The notes under the pieces are model-generated. The model was not told the origin of the DNA, ran no database searches, and saw only the letters and a program-made list of their open reading frames with translations. A stretch of 38,308 bases of DNA from Alcaligenaceae bacterium (GTDB taxonomy: Bacteria; Pseudomonadota; Gammaproteobacteria; Burkholderiales; Burkholderiaceae_B), in assembly GCA_012511095.1 (NCBI GenBank), contig JAAZGT010000191.1:1-38308 (forward strand). Direction: 5' to 3'. Below, in pieces: positions 18,743 through 29,665 of this stretch. Every line of letters begins with the position of its first letter. The stretch's first letter is position 1. The position numbers and the translations under genes were made by a program.

Positions 18743-19984
18743 CTAGTTAGCTTGTTTACGTAAGATAGCTGGAATATCGCTATCGTGACGCTCTTCTTCG
18801 GTAAGTGAACGGCGAGAAATGGCTGGCGCATCAGCAGTAGATACGGCACCAAAACCCACATTTAATTGACTTATACGATTACCACCACGACTAACGTTAC
18901 GAATCGGGTTAAAACCACCGACTGTGCCTCTGAAACCATCAATTGCTGCGCTAGCGTCATCAGTACCAGTACGAGCCTGCTCATGCTCAACGTTATCTAC
19001 AACAATTTCAGGTTTTTTACGACCAAGACCCGTAGCAACAACTGTCACACGAACCTTATCGCCCATGCTTTCGTCATAAGCAATACCAAAGATGATCTCT
19101 GCATCTTTATCAGCATAGCTAGTGATAACCTCGTTAATGGTACGAACCTCACGCTGGGTGATGTTGTTGCTAGCAGTAATGTTAATTAGTACACCGCGAG
19201 CACCGTTTAGATCAACACCCTCTAAGAGTGGGCAAGCAATTGCTTCCTCAGCTGCTTTTTGAGCGCGATCCTCACCTGAAGCGACGGCTGTACCCATCAT
19301 GGCTTGACCTTGCTCGCTCATAATGGTCTTAACGTCTTCGAAGTCAACGTTAATATTACCCTCGACATTAATAATCTCGGCAATACCAGCACATGCATTG
19401 TGAAGTACGTCGTCAGCCTCGACGAAACACTGTTGCATTGTTGCGTTTTCGCCTAGCATTTCTTCGAGACGATCGTTTAACACAACAATTAAAGCGTTAA
19501 CGTTTTTAGAGAGATTTTCGATACCCTCTTCGGCAGATTTCATGCGACGAGAACCCTCGTAAGCGAATGGCTTAGTAACTACGCCAACGGTTAGAATACC
19601 TAACTCACGAGCAACCTCTGCGACTACAGGGCTTGCGCCTGTACCCGTACCACCACCCATACCAGCGGTAATAAATACCATATGGGCACCGTTTAATGCG
19701 TTGCGGATTTGCTCACGCGCTGCTTCAGCTGCTACACGACCATTTTCAGGCTTAGCACCAGCTCCTAACCCGGTAGTGCCTAAAGGAATAACGTGTTCTG
19801 CTTTAGAACTGCCAAGAGCTTGACCATCAGTGTTAGCACTGATGAACTCTACGCCCTTGAGCCCCTTGCCGATCATATGATTGACCGCGTTGCCGCCTGC
19901 GCCACCAACGCCGACAACCTTGATGACCGTGCCGTTAGAAAGCAGCTCCTGGTCAACAAATTTGAAACCTAAATCCATGCTCAT
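18743..19984 (-). CDS. ftsZ: Cell division protein FtsZ
   Basis: IKVVGVGGAGGNAV, tubulin signature AGMGGGTGTG, T7 loop NVDFEDV, C-terminal peptide DIPAILRKQAN. GGAG RBS. Confidence 0.99.
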   Translation of the reverse strand: MSMDLGFKFVDQELLSNGTVIKVVGVGGAGGNAVNHMIGKGLKGVEFISANTDGQALGSSKAEHVIPLGTTGLGAGAKPENGRVAAEAAREQIRNALNGAHMVFITAGMGGGTGTGASPVVAEVARELGILTVGVVTKPFAYEGSRRMKSAEEGIENLSKNVNALIVVLNDRLEEMLGENATMQQCFVEADDVLHNACAGIAEIINVEGNINVDFEDVKTIMSEQGQAMMGTAVASGEDRAQKAAEEAIACPLLEGVDLNGARGVLINITASNNITQREVRTINEVITSYADKDAEIIFGIAYDESMGDKVRVTVVATGLGRKKPEIVVDNVEHEQARTGTDDASAAIDGFRGTVGGFNPIRNVSRGGNRISQLNVGFGAVSTADAPAISRRSLTEEERHDSDIPAILRKQAN

Positions 19985-20108
19985 TAAAAATGACTCCTAA
20001 TTTCCTTATAACGAAAACATGGAAATCATCTCAAAGAAAGAGCCAATGCGACATTCGCACTGCCTTTGAGCAATCTCCACCCTACTCCACTGTAAACTCT
20101 ATTCTAAA

Positions 20109-21323
20109 CTATAAGCTGTTAGTAATAAAGCGCCAAAGACGTTTTATTAAACCTTCTTTGGGCATATCACCATGCGGAGCATATTGCTGCATACGCGAAT
20201 AGCTTAATAAACCCATTGCGGTAGCAAATCTTGGCTCGCAAACCACGTCTGATAAGCTACCATCATAAATCGGCACACCAATGCGCACAGGCACTTGGAA
20301 CATATCTTCTGCCAACTCCTGAATGCCTGGCAATAACGCGGTTCCACCTGTTAGTACTAAACCTGTTACCTTATGTCCTGATTCAGCGATTTCATTCATC
20401 ACGCCCATTAGAATTTCTTCAACTCGTGGCTCGATGACCTGCGCTAAAACATGTCGTTCCATTTCGCGAGATTCACGGTTGCCCAAACCGATCACCTCAA
20501 AGGTCTCTGACACATTGACGAGGCTAGCTTTAGCTGCACCATAATTTAATTTAATATCTTCGGCGTCTGGTGTTGGGGTGCGCAACATGGTCGCGATATC
20601 ATTAGTAATTTGATCACCACCCTGTGGGATAACTGCTGTATGACGTAAGGCTCCACCATGCCAAACTGCCAAATCAGTTGTACCGCTACCAATATCTACC
20701 AGAGCAACGCCTAATTCCTTTTCGTCGGCAGTTAAACACACCTGGCTCGCTGCCAAGGCCTGAAAAACTAATCCGCGAATCTCTAAACCACAACGACGAA
20801 TACACTTAACCACGTTTTGAGTGGCACTCTGTAAGCCAGTAATGATGTGTACTCGCACCTCAAGACGAATACCTGCCATGCCGACAGGCTGGATAATACC
20901 CTCTTGTTTATCTAAAGTGTATTGCTGTGTAATAACGTGAAGAATCTCATGATCGTTGGCAATATTAACCGCCTTAGCCGTATCAAGTACACGGCGCACA
21001 TCGGCATAACTCACTTCTTTGTCGACCACAGCCACCATACCGCTGGAGTTAAAACTATTGATATGATTACCGCCAATGCCGGTATATACCTCACGAATAT
21101 GGAAGTCAGCCATGAGGCAGGCTTCTTCGAGAGCTTGCTGTATTGAGCCGACAATTTGCTCAATATTAACTACAACGCCCCTACGCATACCGCGCGATAG
21201 GGATTGGCCCACGCCGATAACCTCGTAACGACCGTCGGGCAAACACTCAGCGACGATAGCTACAACGGTACTCGTGCCTATATCTAAGGCAACAATTACA
21301 TCCTTACTGTGGTCTCGACTCAT
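20109..21323 (-). CDS. ftsA: Cell division protein FtsA
   Basis: ALDIGTS, LVDIGSGTTD, GGDQITNDIA, VLTGGTA, and C-terminal amphipathic helix LIKRLWRFITNSL. Confidence 0.98.
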   Translation of the reverse strand: MSRDHSKDVIVALDIGTSTVVAIVAECLPDGRYEVIGVGQSLSRGMRRGVVVNIEQIVGSIQQALEEACLMADFHIREVYTGIGGNHINSFNSSGMVAVVDKEVSYADVRRVLDTAKAVNIANDHEILHVITQQYTLDKQEGIIQPVGMAGIRLEVRVHIITGLQSATQNVVKCIRRCGLEIRGLVFQALAASQVCLTADEKELGVALVDIGSGTTDLAVWHGGALRHTAVIPQGGDQITNDIATMLRTPTPDAEDIKLNYGAAKASLVNVSETFEVIGLGNRESREMERHVLAQVIEPRVEEILMGVMNEIAESGHKVTGLVLTGGTALLPGIQELAEDMFQVPVRIGVPIYDGSLSDVVCEPRFATAMGLLSYSRMQQYAPHGDMPKEGLIKRLWRFITNSL

Positions 21324-21339
21324 CTTTAAATTAACTCAC

Positions 21340-22143
21340 TTATTGCTTATCGGACAGCTCAGAACTGGTGTCATCCGTAAAGGATACTGCAAAACCTTTA
21401 GTATAACGGAGATCGATACGCTCTACCTGTCTTCCTTTAGTTCGTTTTAACAATGCCGGCCAGCTGCGCACAAAGCGTTCGATGGTATCAGCAAAGCTCA
21501 TCGCACCTACGCCATCGTAGGGGTTTGCTATCTCGGCACCGGGGTCACGCCCCATAATTAAAGTCGTATTGTTATCTAGCAAAACTCGCCATGAATAACG
21601 ATCACTTAACTCTAATTCCTTTACCCTTAGCCCAATTGGGCTTAACCAACGCATCAACTCAGCATAACGCTGCACCACAAGGTGCTCAGAACCATCGGGC
21701 CCCAAGAATTGTGGCAAGGCTTCTGGGTTATCTACCTCGCCGCGATTTGCTAAAAACCGTTCGCCCCAAGTATTAATCAAGGCCTCGTTATTCCACAATG
21801 CAAAGGGCTCATGCTCTTCGATGCGCAACAACAAGCCATTAGGCCATAAACGCGTAATATCTACTTGTCGTACCCAAGGCGAGGTTTTTAAAACATCTTG
21901 AACCTTGACGAGATCTAGACTAAAGAAATTACCTTGAGTCCGCCCCTCTAGTGTGACTTGGATACTTGCAGGCGATACATAAGATAATACATCGCCTTGT
22001 TTAGGCTCTAACACAATACGAGAAATATTAAACATCGGCATGTGCATTGCTCTATAGGTCAATGCACCAAGCACGATAAGCACCCCCAATGTCGTCAGAA
22101 AGCCGGCGACACGATTAATAAAACGGGGATCCGAAAATATCAC
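21340..22143 (-). CDS. ftsQ: Cell division protein FtsQ
   Basis: N-terminal TM, POTRA-like GNFFSLDL...PWVR...RLWPN.L..IEEH, C-terminal RIDLRYTKGFAV. Lies between ddl and ftsA. GTG start. Confidence 0.95.
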   Translation of the reverse strand: MIFSDPRFINRVAGFLTTLGVLIVLGALTYRAMHMPMFNISRIVLEPKQGDVLSYVSPASIQVTLEGRTQGNFFSLDLVKVQDVLKTSPWVRQVDITRLWPNGLLLRIEEHEPFALWNNEALINTWGERFLANRGEVDNPEALPQFLGPDGSEHLVVQRYAELMRWLSPIGLRVKELELSDRYSWRVLLDNNTTLIMGRDPGAEIANPYDGVGAMSFADTIERFVRSWPALLKRTKGRQVERIDLRYTKGFAVSFTDDTSSELSDKQ

Positions 22144-22181
22144 TCAAACACCTTGTCAAAAACTAAACTACAAGCCGGATT

Positions 22182-23132
22182 TTAACCCTTACGTCCGACT
22201 TTTAGCTCAGCCGAAGCAAGAATTTTTACACATAAATCAGGATATGAAATACCCTCTGCTTTAGCAGCCATCGGCACCAACGAATGGCTCGTCATACCTG
22301 GCGCGGTATTAATCTCTAAAAAATAAGGTGCTTCATTGGCATCTAGCATCACATCCACACGCGACCAACCCTCGCAACCAATGGTACGGTAAGCTTGTTC
22401 ACTCAACTCTTTAATCTTTTTAGTTAACTCGGGTGATAAATCCGCAGGACAAAAATATTGAGTGTCATTTGAATGGTACTTATTATGGAAATCATAATTA
22501 CCATCAGGCGCAACAATCTCAATGATTGGGAAAGCATGGGCATCCTCACCACGACCCAACACGGCTACCGTTAGTTCACGACCCTCAATACACTGCTCAG
22601 CCAGCAAAATATCATCATATTTAAAAGCTTGTTGTAGCGCTTCATCTAACTGTTCAGCAGTTTGAATTTTGGTTAGACCAATAGTTGAACCCTCATGTGG
22701 TGGCTTTAAAATCATCGGCAAACCTAACTTATCGACAGCTTCTCGTAAATCATCGGCATTGCGCACTACATGATAATCAGGCGTAGGAATACCCTGTTCA
22801 ATAAATAAGCGCTTAGTCATGATTTTGTCCATAGCTACGCTTGAACTCATCACCCCAGGACCTGTATAGGGAATACCTAAAATTTCTAACACACCTTGAA
22901 TACAGCCGTCTTCGCCATAACGACCATGCAAAATAATAAAGACTCGATCAAATTTCTCGGCCTCTAAATCACCTAGACTGCGCTCTCCTAGATCAAACAA
23001 ATGTGCATCAACGCCCTTTTCTAGTAATGCGGCATGCACACCAGCACCTGAATTTAGAGATACCTCACGCTCGGCTGATACGCCGCCATAAAGCACACCG
23101 ACCTTACCGAAATTTTTTGCTGTATTAGCCAT
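22182..23132 (-). CDS. ddl: D-alanine--D-alanine ligase
   Basis: [33 protein letters not shown], omega loop [23 protein letters not shown]. Confidence 0.98.
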   Translation of the reverse strand: MANTAKNFGKVGVLYGGVSAEREVSLNSGAGVHAALLEKGVDAHLFDLGERSLGDLEAEKFDRVFIILHGRYGEDGCIQGVLEILGIPYTGPGVMSSSVAMDKIMTKRLFIEQGIPTPDYHVVRNADDLREAVDKLGLPMILKPPHEGSTIGLTKIQTAEQLDEALQQAFKYDDILLAEQCIEGRELTVAVLGRGEDAHAFPIIEIVAPDGNYDFHNKYHSNDTQYFCPADLSPELTKKIKELSEQAYRTIGCEGWSRVDVMLDANEAPYFLEINTAPGMTSHSLVPMAAKAEGISYPDLCVKILASAELKVGRKG

Positions 23133-24546
23133 TTGCAGTCTCCAAGATTTTGCTAGGCACTTTACTGATTGAACCGGCGCCCATCGTTATAACAATATCA
23201 CCATCACGCGCAAAAGCATGTATTGCTTCTGGCAAGTCCTCTACATTGGGAACAAATTGCGGCCTAACCTTACCATCTTCCTCAATTGCATGCGTTAGTG
23301 CCTTACCATCAGCAAAGTTTAAGGGTAACTCCCCTGCCGCATAAACATCGGTAAGCAATACCTCATCAGCTAAACCTAAAACTCGCACAAACTCTTCGAA
23401 ACAATCACGAGTACGGCTGTAGCGATGTGGTTGGAAAGCCAATACTAAGCGCTTGTCAGGCCACGCTCCACGTGCTGCCTCGATCGTGGCTTGCATTTCA
23501 ACTGGGTGATGACCGTAGTCATCAATTAAGGTGTATTTACCACCACCATTAATTTGTTGTGCTTCGATTTCGCCAACAAAGCTAAAACGGCGACCCACCC
23601 CATTAAAGTTTTTAAGGGATTTAATAATAGCTTCATCCTCGACACCAATCTCAGTAGCCAAGGCAATGGATGCTAGAGCATTGAGCACATTATGACGACC
23701 AGGTAAGTTAAGCACGATGTCTAAAGGCTCACTGGCACGACGACGACCGCATCGTCGCAACGCAGTAAAGTGCATTTCAGGGCCTACACTACGGACATTA
23801 ATAGCTCGATAATCAGCCTCTTCGTCAAAGCCGTAGGTCACAATTGGACGTGAAATAAATGGAATGATTTTCTTAACGTTATCATCATCGACACATAAAA
23901 TTGCCGTGCCGTAAAATGGTAAATTTTGCGTAAACTGTACAAATGCACTACGCAAACGCGCCTCATCATGACCATAGGTATCCATATGGTCCACATCAAT
24001 ATTGGTAACAATCGCCATGACAGGCAGTAGGTTGAGGAAAGAAGCATCTGATTCATCAGCCTCAACCACAATATAATCACCTTTACCTAAATAGGCATTA
24101 GTGCCAGCTGAGTTTAATTTACCGCCAATAACAAAGGTAGGATCTAAATCAGCCTCGGCCAATACACTGCTCACAAAGCTAGTGGTGGTGGTTTTACCAT
24201 GTGTACCAGCCACCGCAATACCCATTTTTAAACGCATTAGCTCAGCTAACATCATGGCTCTAGAGACCACAGGAATACCTTGAGAACGCGCATGCAATAC
24301 CTCTGGATTACCACCAGAAATTGCCGTTGAAATCACAACAACATCAGCTTCTGCTTTATCGACATTGCAAGCGGAATGCTCATAAAAGATCGTAGCGCCC
24401 AAATCCTCGAGACGCTTAGTGACTGAGCTCTTATTTAAATCGGACCCACTGATACAGTAACCCTGATTAAGCAGCACCTCTGCAATGCCACTCATACCAG
24501 AGCCGCCAATACCTACCAAATGGATGTTTCTAATTCTATACTTCAT
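23125..24546 (-). CDS. murC: UDP-N-acetylmuramate--L-alanine ligase
   Basis: [53 protein letters not shown]. Real start is MKYRIRN at 24546, not 24597. Confidence 0.98.
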   Translation of the reverse strand: MKYRIRNIHLVGIGGSGMSGIAEVLLNQGYCISGSDLNKSSVTKRLEDLGATIFYEHSACNVDKAEADVVVISTAISGGNPEVLHARSQGIPVVSRAMMLAELMRLKMGIAVAGTHGKTTTTSFVSSVLAEADLDPTFVIGGKLNSAGTNAYLGKGDYIVVEADESDASFLNLLPVMAIVTNIDVDHMDTYGHDEARLRSAFVQFTQNLPFYGTAILCVDDDNVKKIIPFISRPIVTYGFDEEADYRAINVRSVGPEMHFTALRRCGRRRASEPLDIVLNLPGRHNVLNALASIALATEIGVEDEAIIKSLKNFNGVGRRFSFVGEIEAQQINGGGKYTLIDDYGHHPVEMQATIEAARGAWPDKRLVLAFQPHRYSRTRDCFEEFVRVLGLADEVLLTDVYAAGELPLNFADGKALTHAIEEDGKVRPQFVPNVEDLPEAIHAFARDGDIVITMGAGSISKVPSKILETANG

Positions 24547-24547
24547 T

Positions 24548-25657
24548 TTAATCCCTAGCCAATTGCTCACACACATCAGCAATTGTACGCGTAGCACCAG
24601 GCATAGCCATTGCCCGAGCCAACGTTGCCATGCCTAACAACTGAGCTCTATCTTGAGAAACAATATACTCAGCTAACCACTGGGCACTTAAAGCCGACTG
24701 GGCTTTTACCTTTGCCGCCCCTGCATCTGCCAACCAACGGGCATTTGCTGTTTGATGGTCATCAATAGCCCACGGTAAGGGCACAAACAATGCAGGCACA
24801 CCAACCGCGGCCACCTCTGCCACCGTCATAGCACCTGCACGACAAATTAATAAGTCTGCTACAGCAAGTGCCTCTGCCATATTATCAATGAAAGCCACAC
24901 AATTTGCTTTTACACCAGCCTCATCATAATTATTTTTTAATGCTTCTAAATGAGCCACCCCTGATTGGTGCGTAATAATTGGGCGTTGCTCGATCGGAAT
25001 TTGCGCAATGGCTTCGGGAATCAGATTATTTAAAGACAATGCCCCCAAACTACCACCAACTACTAACAACTTTAAAGGTCCTTGACGACCTTCAAAACGC
25101 TCTGTTGGTGTTGGCAAATTTAATAATTCGGCACGCACTGGATTACCCACCACCGTACCTTTAGACAAGGCTTTAGGAAAGGCCATTAGGACGCGTTTCG
25201 CTAATTTAGCAATAACCTTATTTGCTGTACCTGCAACCGCATTTTGCTCATGCAAAACCAAAGGTTTTGCACTTAAAAAGGCCACCACACTACCAGGAAA
25301 GGCAGCATAACCGCCCATACCTAAGACCACATCGGGTTGAGCACGTCTAAACGCCTTATGCGCATCCATTAACGCGCCCAATAGACAAAAAGGCAATTTA
25401 ATTAAGGCCGCAATACCCTTGCCACGCAAGCCTGCAAAGCTCATTGGCAATAACTCAATGCCTCGCGCAGGAACTAGCTCACCCTCCATGCGCTCAGGAT
25501 TACCCAACCAATACACCTTCCAACCACGTGCTTCTAATTCACCCGCTACAGCAAGACCAGGCATAATATGACCACCGGTACCACCTGCCATAATCATGAC
25601 TGTAGGCGCTGCTTCAACCCGATGCGTATTGCTTTGTTCTAAATTATCGCTCATCAC
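24548..25657 (-). CDS. murG: Undecaprenyl-PP-MurNAc-pentapeptide GlcNAc transferase
   Basis: [56 protein letters not shown]. Confidence 0.98.
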   Translation of the reverse strand: MMSDNLEQSNTHRVEAAPTVMIMAGGTGGHIMPGLAVAGELEARGWKVYWLGNPERMEGELVPARGIELLPMSFAGLRGKGIAALIKLPFCLLGALMDAHKAFRRAQPDVVLGMGGYAAFPGSVVAFLSAKPLVLHEQNAVAGTANKVIAKLAKRVLMAFPKALSKGTVVGNPVRAELLNLPTPTERFEGRQGPLKLLVVGGSLGALSLNNLIPEAIAQIPIEQRPIITHQSGVAHLEALKNNYDEAGVKANCVAFIDNMAEALAVADLLICRAGAMTVAEVAAVGVPALFVPLPWAIDDHQTANARWLADAGAAKVKAQSALSAQWLAEYIVSQDRAQLLGMATLARAMAMPGATRTIADVCEQLARD

Positions 25658-26910
25658 ATATACCTCGGTGCAGGCATACCATGAATTGGTAAACCACGCA
25701 TTAATTGTCGATTTTCATAATCCACTCTAAAGACTAGTCCTAATGCACATAAGCTAACCACCATGGCTGAACCACCATAACTAATCATCGGTAGAGTGAG
25801 ACCCTTGGTCGGCAACAAACCCAAGCAAACACATAAATTAAATAGTGCTTGGAAACCAATCCAAATACCCACCCCTTGAGCGACTAAACCACTGAAAAAA
25901 CGATCCATTGCGATGGCCACGCGACCAATTTTAAAGCACTTAAATACCAATACAAAATACAGCGCAACCACGGTTAAAATACCTACAAAACCGAGCTCTT
26001 CGCCAATCACAGCAAGAATAAAGTCAGTATGTGCTTCTGGTAAATAATGTAATTTCTCTACACTAAAACCCAAACCCACACCGGTCCATTCGCCACGACC
26101 AATAGCGATTAATGAGTGCACTAACTGATAACCAGATGACTGCGCATACTCCTCACTAAAAGGGTCTAAAAAGGCAGTCATACGCTTAAGACGCCATGGC
26201 TTTGTAAATACTGCGAAGCTAACAAAAGCGATAGCCGCAGAAGTAGCACCAATCAAATAAAAACTGTGCAACCCACCTAAAAACAGTATCCCAATACAAA
26301 TCGATGCGATCACCATCGCTGCACCTAAATCCGGCTCTAAATAGCTCAGATAGGCAAGAATCACAAGAAGCGCAACAATAGGTAGCACACCCCGTACTAA
26401 ACCCTCTGACCACGAAAAATTACCAATGCCATGACGATTTCTTACAGCATAACGCGCCGTATAAAGCACGATTGCCATTTTCGCTAATTCTGTTGGTTGA
26501 AAATTCACCGGTCCTAAGGGAATCCAACGTCTAGCGCCGTTAACCTCACGACCAATAAAAGGGATTAATACCAAGACAAGAAAAATCACCGCCGCAATAT
26601 ATACATAGGGTGATAACTCCTCCCACTTGTCCATATTGATATTAAATACGGTGAACATTCCGAAAAAACCGACGGCTATGAAAATAGCCTGCATCATAAA
26701 GTAGCGATTAAATCTAAAGATAGAGTTGCTTGGCCCTTCTGTAATGGCGATAGATGAGGAATACACCATGATCAAGCCTAATACGAGAATGGCACCGATA
26801 ATGCCCAAAAGCACTAGGTCATAATCTAGCATTTTGGTGCGACTTGGAGAGACCTCATTAACACCTGGCTCTCCCTCACGAACGAAACGATCACGCATGC
26901 TTAGACTCAT
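25654..26910 (-). CDS. ftsW: SEDS peptidoglycan polymerase FtsW
   Basis: [56 protein letters not shown]. Confidence 0.98.
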   Translation of the reverse strand: MSLSMRDRFVREGEPGVNEVSPSRTKMLDYDLVLLGIIGAILVLGLIMVYSSSIAITEGPSNSIFRFNRYFMMQAIFIAVGFFGMFTVFNINMDKWEELSPYVYIAAVIFLVLVLIPFIGREVNGARRWIPLGPVNFQPTELAKMAIVLYTARYAVRNRHGIGNFSWSEGLVRGVLPIVALLVILAYLSYLEPDLGAAMVIASICIGILFLGGLHSFYLIGATSAAIAFVSFAVFTKPWRLKRMTAFLDPFSEEYAQSSGYQLVHSLIAIGRGEWTGVGLGFSVEKLHYLPEAHTDFILAVIGEELGFVGILTVVALYFVLVFKCFKIGRVAIAMDRFFSGLVAQGVGIWIGFQALFNLCVCLGLLPTKGLTLPMISYGGSAMVVSLCALGLVFRVDYENRQLMRGLPIHGMPAPRYM

Positions 26911-28458
26911 CTAAACCTCCCCATGCTCAAGCGCTACTTCCTGCACTGCCTCTTCAAAAGCAAAACCACGTTGCATGTAATTGCTGAACATATCCATACT
27001 GGCACAAGCTGGCGATAACAAAACGATATCTCCGGCGTTGGCCTGGCTCATGGCCGTTGTCACCGCCTCTTGCATAGAGGCGGCGTGTGTCATTGTCACG
27101 CCAGTACTACCTAAGGCTTGCTCAATAGACTTAGCGTCGTGACCAATCAAAATAATGCCTTTAGCCTTATCCTTTAAGGCTTGACATAGAGGGCTAAAAT
27201 CTTGTCCTTTGGCTAAACCACCTAAAATCACTAATAAAGGACGTTCTAAGCCATTAATAGCAGCTAATGTGGCACCCACATTGGTTCCTTTACTGTCATT
27301 AATAAAATCAACGCCAGCGATACTACGCACAAAATTCATTCGATGAGGCGCTGCTTGGAAAGAGCTTAAGGCACGCAGTAAAGGCCCCCAATTAAGCTTT
27401 AAAGCGCTACATAAGGCTAATGCGGCTAGACCATTTAACACATTGTGACGGCCCTGCACTGGGATAGCTTCGACTGGCATTAATTGTTTGAGGCGACCAA
27501 CTTCGCGATGGCTCTGTTGGGCTTGTTTTCTGTGTGCGGCCGCTGCACTTAGTGGAATATCAAAGTCATCATCGCCAACTCGTGCAGCGAGCCAAGCCAT
27601 ACCACCAACCTCTTGAATACCTACATCGCCCATCAACTCGGGCTCATCCTCTCCAAAGCTCATCACGTCGGTAGCTTCAAGATCTGGCACCATAGCCAAG
27701 ACATCGTCCTCTAAACGAGAAACAATTTTAATCTCGCTTAAATGTAATAACTTAGCCTTGTGGTCGACATAATCTTCCCAACCTAAATGCCAATCTAAAT
27801 GATCTTGACTAAGATTAAGTACAACTGATGCTTTGGGGCGCAAAGACTGCACCGTGGCTAATTGGAAGCTTGACAGCTCAAGCACCCAGACTAGAGGTAA
27901 GGCATTATTATCAAGGGCTTCCATTAGCGCATGAAGTGCCGCTGGACTGATATTGCCAGCTGCTACCGCCGACACCCCTGAGGCTAACAACATCTCATGC
28001 GCCATCATGGTGACCGTGGTTTTACCATTGGTACCAGTAACTGCGATAACCTCACAGTCATAACCCTGAGTGTTTTTTAAATCTGCTAGAGCCCTAGCAA
28101 AAAGCTCAATCTCGCCAATAATCTCAATACCCAGCTCTTTGGCTTGTTCTAAAAACTCCTTGACAGGCGATTGATTAGGCGATAATCCAGGACTCAATAC
28201 CAAAGAATCTATGCCTTCAAGGCTTTTAGTCTCTAAGCAAGCGGCTCCTAGGGCATAAGAAATCTCAATATCACTACGTGACTCAGCTGCGCTTTGAATC
28301 TCAGCCAAACCGGATGGTTTATCGCGCGTATCAGCGACACGGAGCTTAGCGCCTTGACGCAGGCACCATAAAGCACTGGCTAAACCAGTTTCGCCTAAGC
28401 CCAACACTAACACATGTGATTGAGACAACGTTTTGTGATTAACCATCGCCGAGCTCAT
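26911..28458 (-). CDS. murD: UDP-MurNAc-L-Ala--D-glutamate ligase
   Basis: VLGLGETG, AVTGTNGKTTV, LELSSFQL, DHLDWH, NDSKGTNVGA, LLSPACASMDMF. Confidence 0.98.
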   Translation of the reverse strand: MSSAMVNHKTLSQSHVLVLGLGETGLASALWCLRQGAKLRVADTRDKPSGLAEIQSAAESRSDIEISYALGAACLETKSLEGIDSLVLSPGLSPNQSPVKEFLEQAKELGIEIIGEIELFARALADLKNTQGYDCEVIAVTGTNGKTTVTMMAHEMLLASGVSAVAAGNISPAALHALMEALDNNALPLVWVLELSSFQLATVQSLRPKASVVLNLSQDHLDWHLGWEDYVDHKAKLLHLSEIKIVSRLEDDVLAMVPDLEATDVMSFGEDEPELMGDVGIQEVGGMAWLAARVGDDDFDIPLSAAAAHRKQAQQSHREVGRLKQLMPVEAIPVQGRHNVLNGLAALALCSALKLNWGPLLRALSSFQAAPHRMNFVRSIAGVDFINDSKGTNVGATLAAINGLERPLLVILGGLAKGQDFSPLCQALKDKAKGIILIGHDAKSIEQALGSTGVTMTHAASMQEAVTTAMSQANAGDIVLLSPACASMDMFSNYMQRGFAFEEAVQEVALEHGEV

Positions 28459-28471
28459 ATTTATTTTAAAT

Positions 28472-29641
28472 TTAACGTAATTTTAGGGTTGAAAGACCAA
28501 CTAACACCAACATTATGGTGATGATCCAGAAACGAATCACCACCTGCGTTTCTTTCCAGCCTTTTTTCTCATAATGGTGATGTAATGGCGCCATCAATAA
28601 TATTCGTCGACCTTCACCATAGCGCTTTTTAGTGTATTTAAACCAACTTACCTGTAGCATCACCGATAAGGTTTCGACTACAAACACACCACCCATAATA
28701 AAGAACACAATCTCTTGGCGCACAATGACGGCAATACAGCCTAACATGCCACCCAGCGCTAAAGCACCCACATCACCCATAAAAACTTGGGCTGGATAGG
28801 CGTTAAACCATAAGAACGCTAAGCCTGCACCACCCAATGCTGAACAAAGAATTAACATTTCCCCAGCACCAGGAATATATGGGAATAGCAAATAACTTGA
28901 GTAGTCAACACGACCTACTACATAGGCAAAAACTCCTAAAGCCCCGCCCACCATCACTGTCGGCATGATGGCTAAGCCGTCTAAACCATCGGTCAAGTTA
29001 ACCGCATTACTTGAGCCGACAATCACCAACCAAGTTAAGATAGCAAAACCAAAAACACCCAATGGGTAACTGACACTCTTAAAAAACGGCACAATTAAGT
29101 CAGCCTGGGTCGGCAATGGCATTGTAAAACCACTCATGACCCAATCCTTAAATAAAGGCCATAAATCACCCGTAGCAGGCGCCGACACGGCAAAACTTAA
29201 GTACAGTGAAGCAATCACTCCTATCGTTGTTTGCCAGAAAAACTTTTCTCTCGATGACATACCTTCGGGGTTACGGTAAACCACCTTACGGTAATCATCA
29301 AACCAACCTACGGCACCAAAGCCAACGGTCACAAACAATACGACCCAAACAAAACGATTACTTAGATCAGCCCATAGCAACGTCGATAAGGCGATGGATA
29401 TTAATACCAGAACCCCACCCATGGTTGGTGTTCCATCTTTAACCAAATGACTTTCTAAGCCATATTGGCGCACTGCCTGACCAACCTTTAACTCTAATAA
29501 CTTACGTATTACCTTAGGGCCAGCAATCAGGCCAATTATTAAGGCCGTGGCGCTCGCCATAAGGGCACGCATAGTCAAATAATCAAATACTGCAAAAAAA
29601 CTATAATCTTTACTTAAATACTTAAACAGCTCATATAGCAT
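28472..29641 (-). CDS. mraY: Phospho-MurNAc-pentapeptide translocase
   Basis: [41 protein letters not shown]. Confidence 0.99.
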   Translation of the reverse strand: MLYELFKYLSKDYSFFAVFDYLTMRALMASATALIIGLIAGPKVIRKLLELKVGQAVRQYGLESHLVKDGTPTMGGVLVLISIALSTLLWADLSNRFVWVVLFVTVGFGAVGWFDDYRKVVYRNPEGMSSREKFFWQTTIGVIASLYLSFAVSAPATGDLWPLFKDWVMSGFTMPLPTQADLIVPFFKSVSYPLGVFGFAILTWLVIVGSSNAVNLTDGLDGLAIMPTVMVGGALGVFAYVVGRVDYSSYLLFPYIPGAGEMLILCSALGGAGLAFLWFNAYPAQVFMGDVGALALGGMLGCIAVIVRQEIVFFIMGGVFVVETLSVMLQVSWFKYTKKRYGEGRRILLMAPLHHHYEKKGWKETQVVIRFWIITIMLVLVGLSTLKLR

Positions 29642-29665
29642 GAGTAGCTTCCCTGTTATTACAAT

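Noticed and set aside
22470-22505. Possible D-Ala-D-Lac ligase specificity of ddl
   Set aside because: The omega loop ends in KY (YDFHNKY), as in ordinary D-Ala-D-Ala ligases, and the gene is in the standard dcw position.
27500-27590. Insertion in MurD (DDDFDIPLSAAAAHRKQAQQ) and the long 389-aa MraY
   Set aside because: Similar insertions are, to my knowledge, usual in Burkholderiales orthologs.
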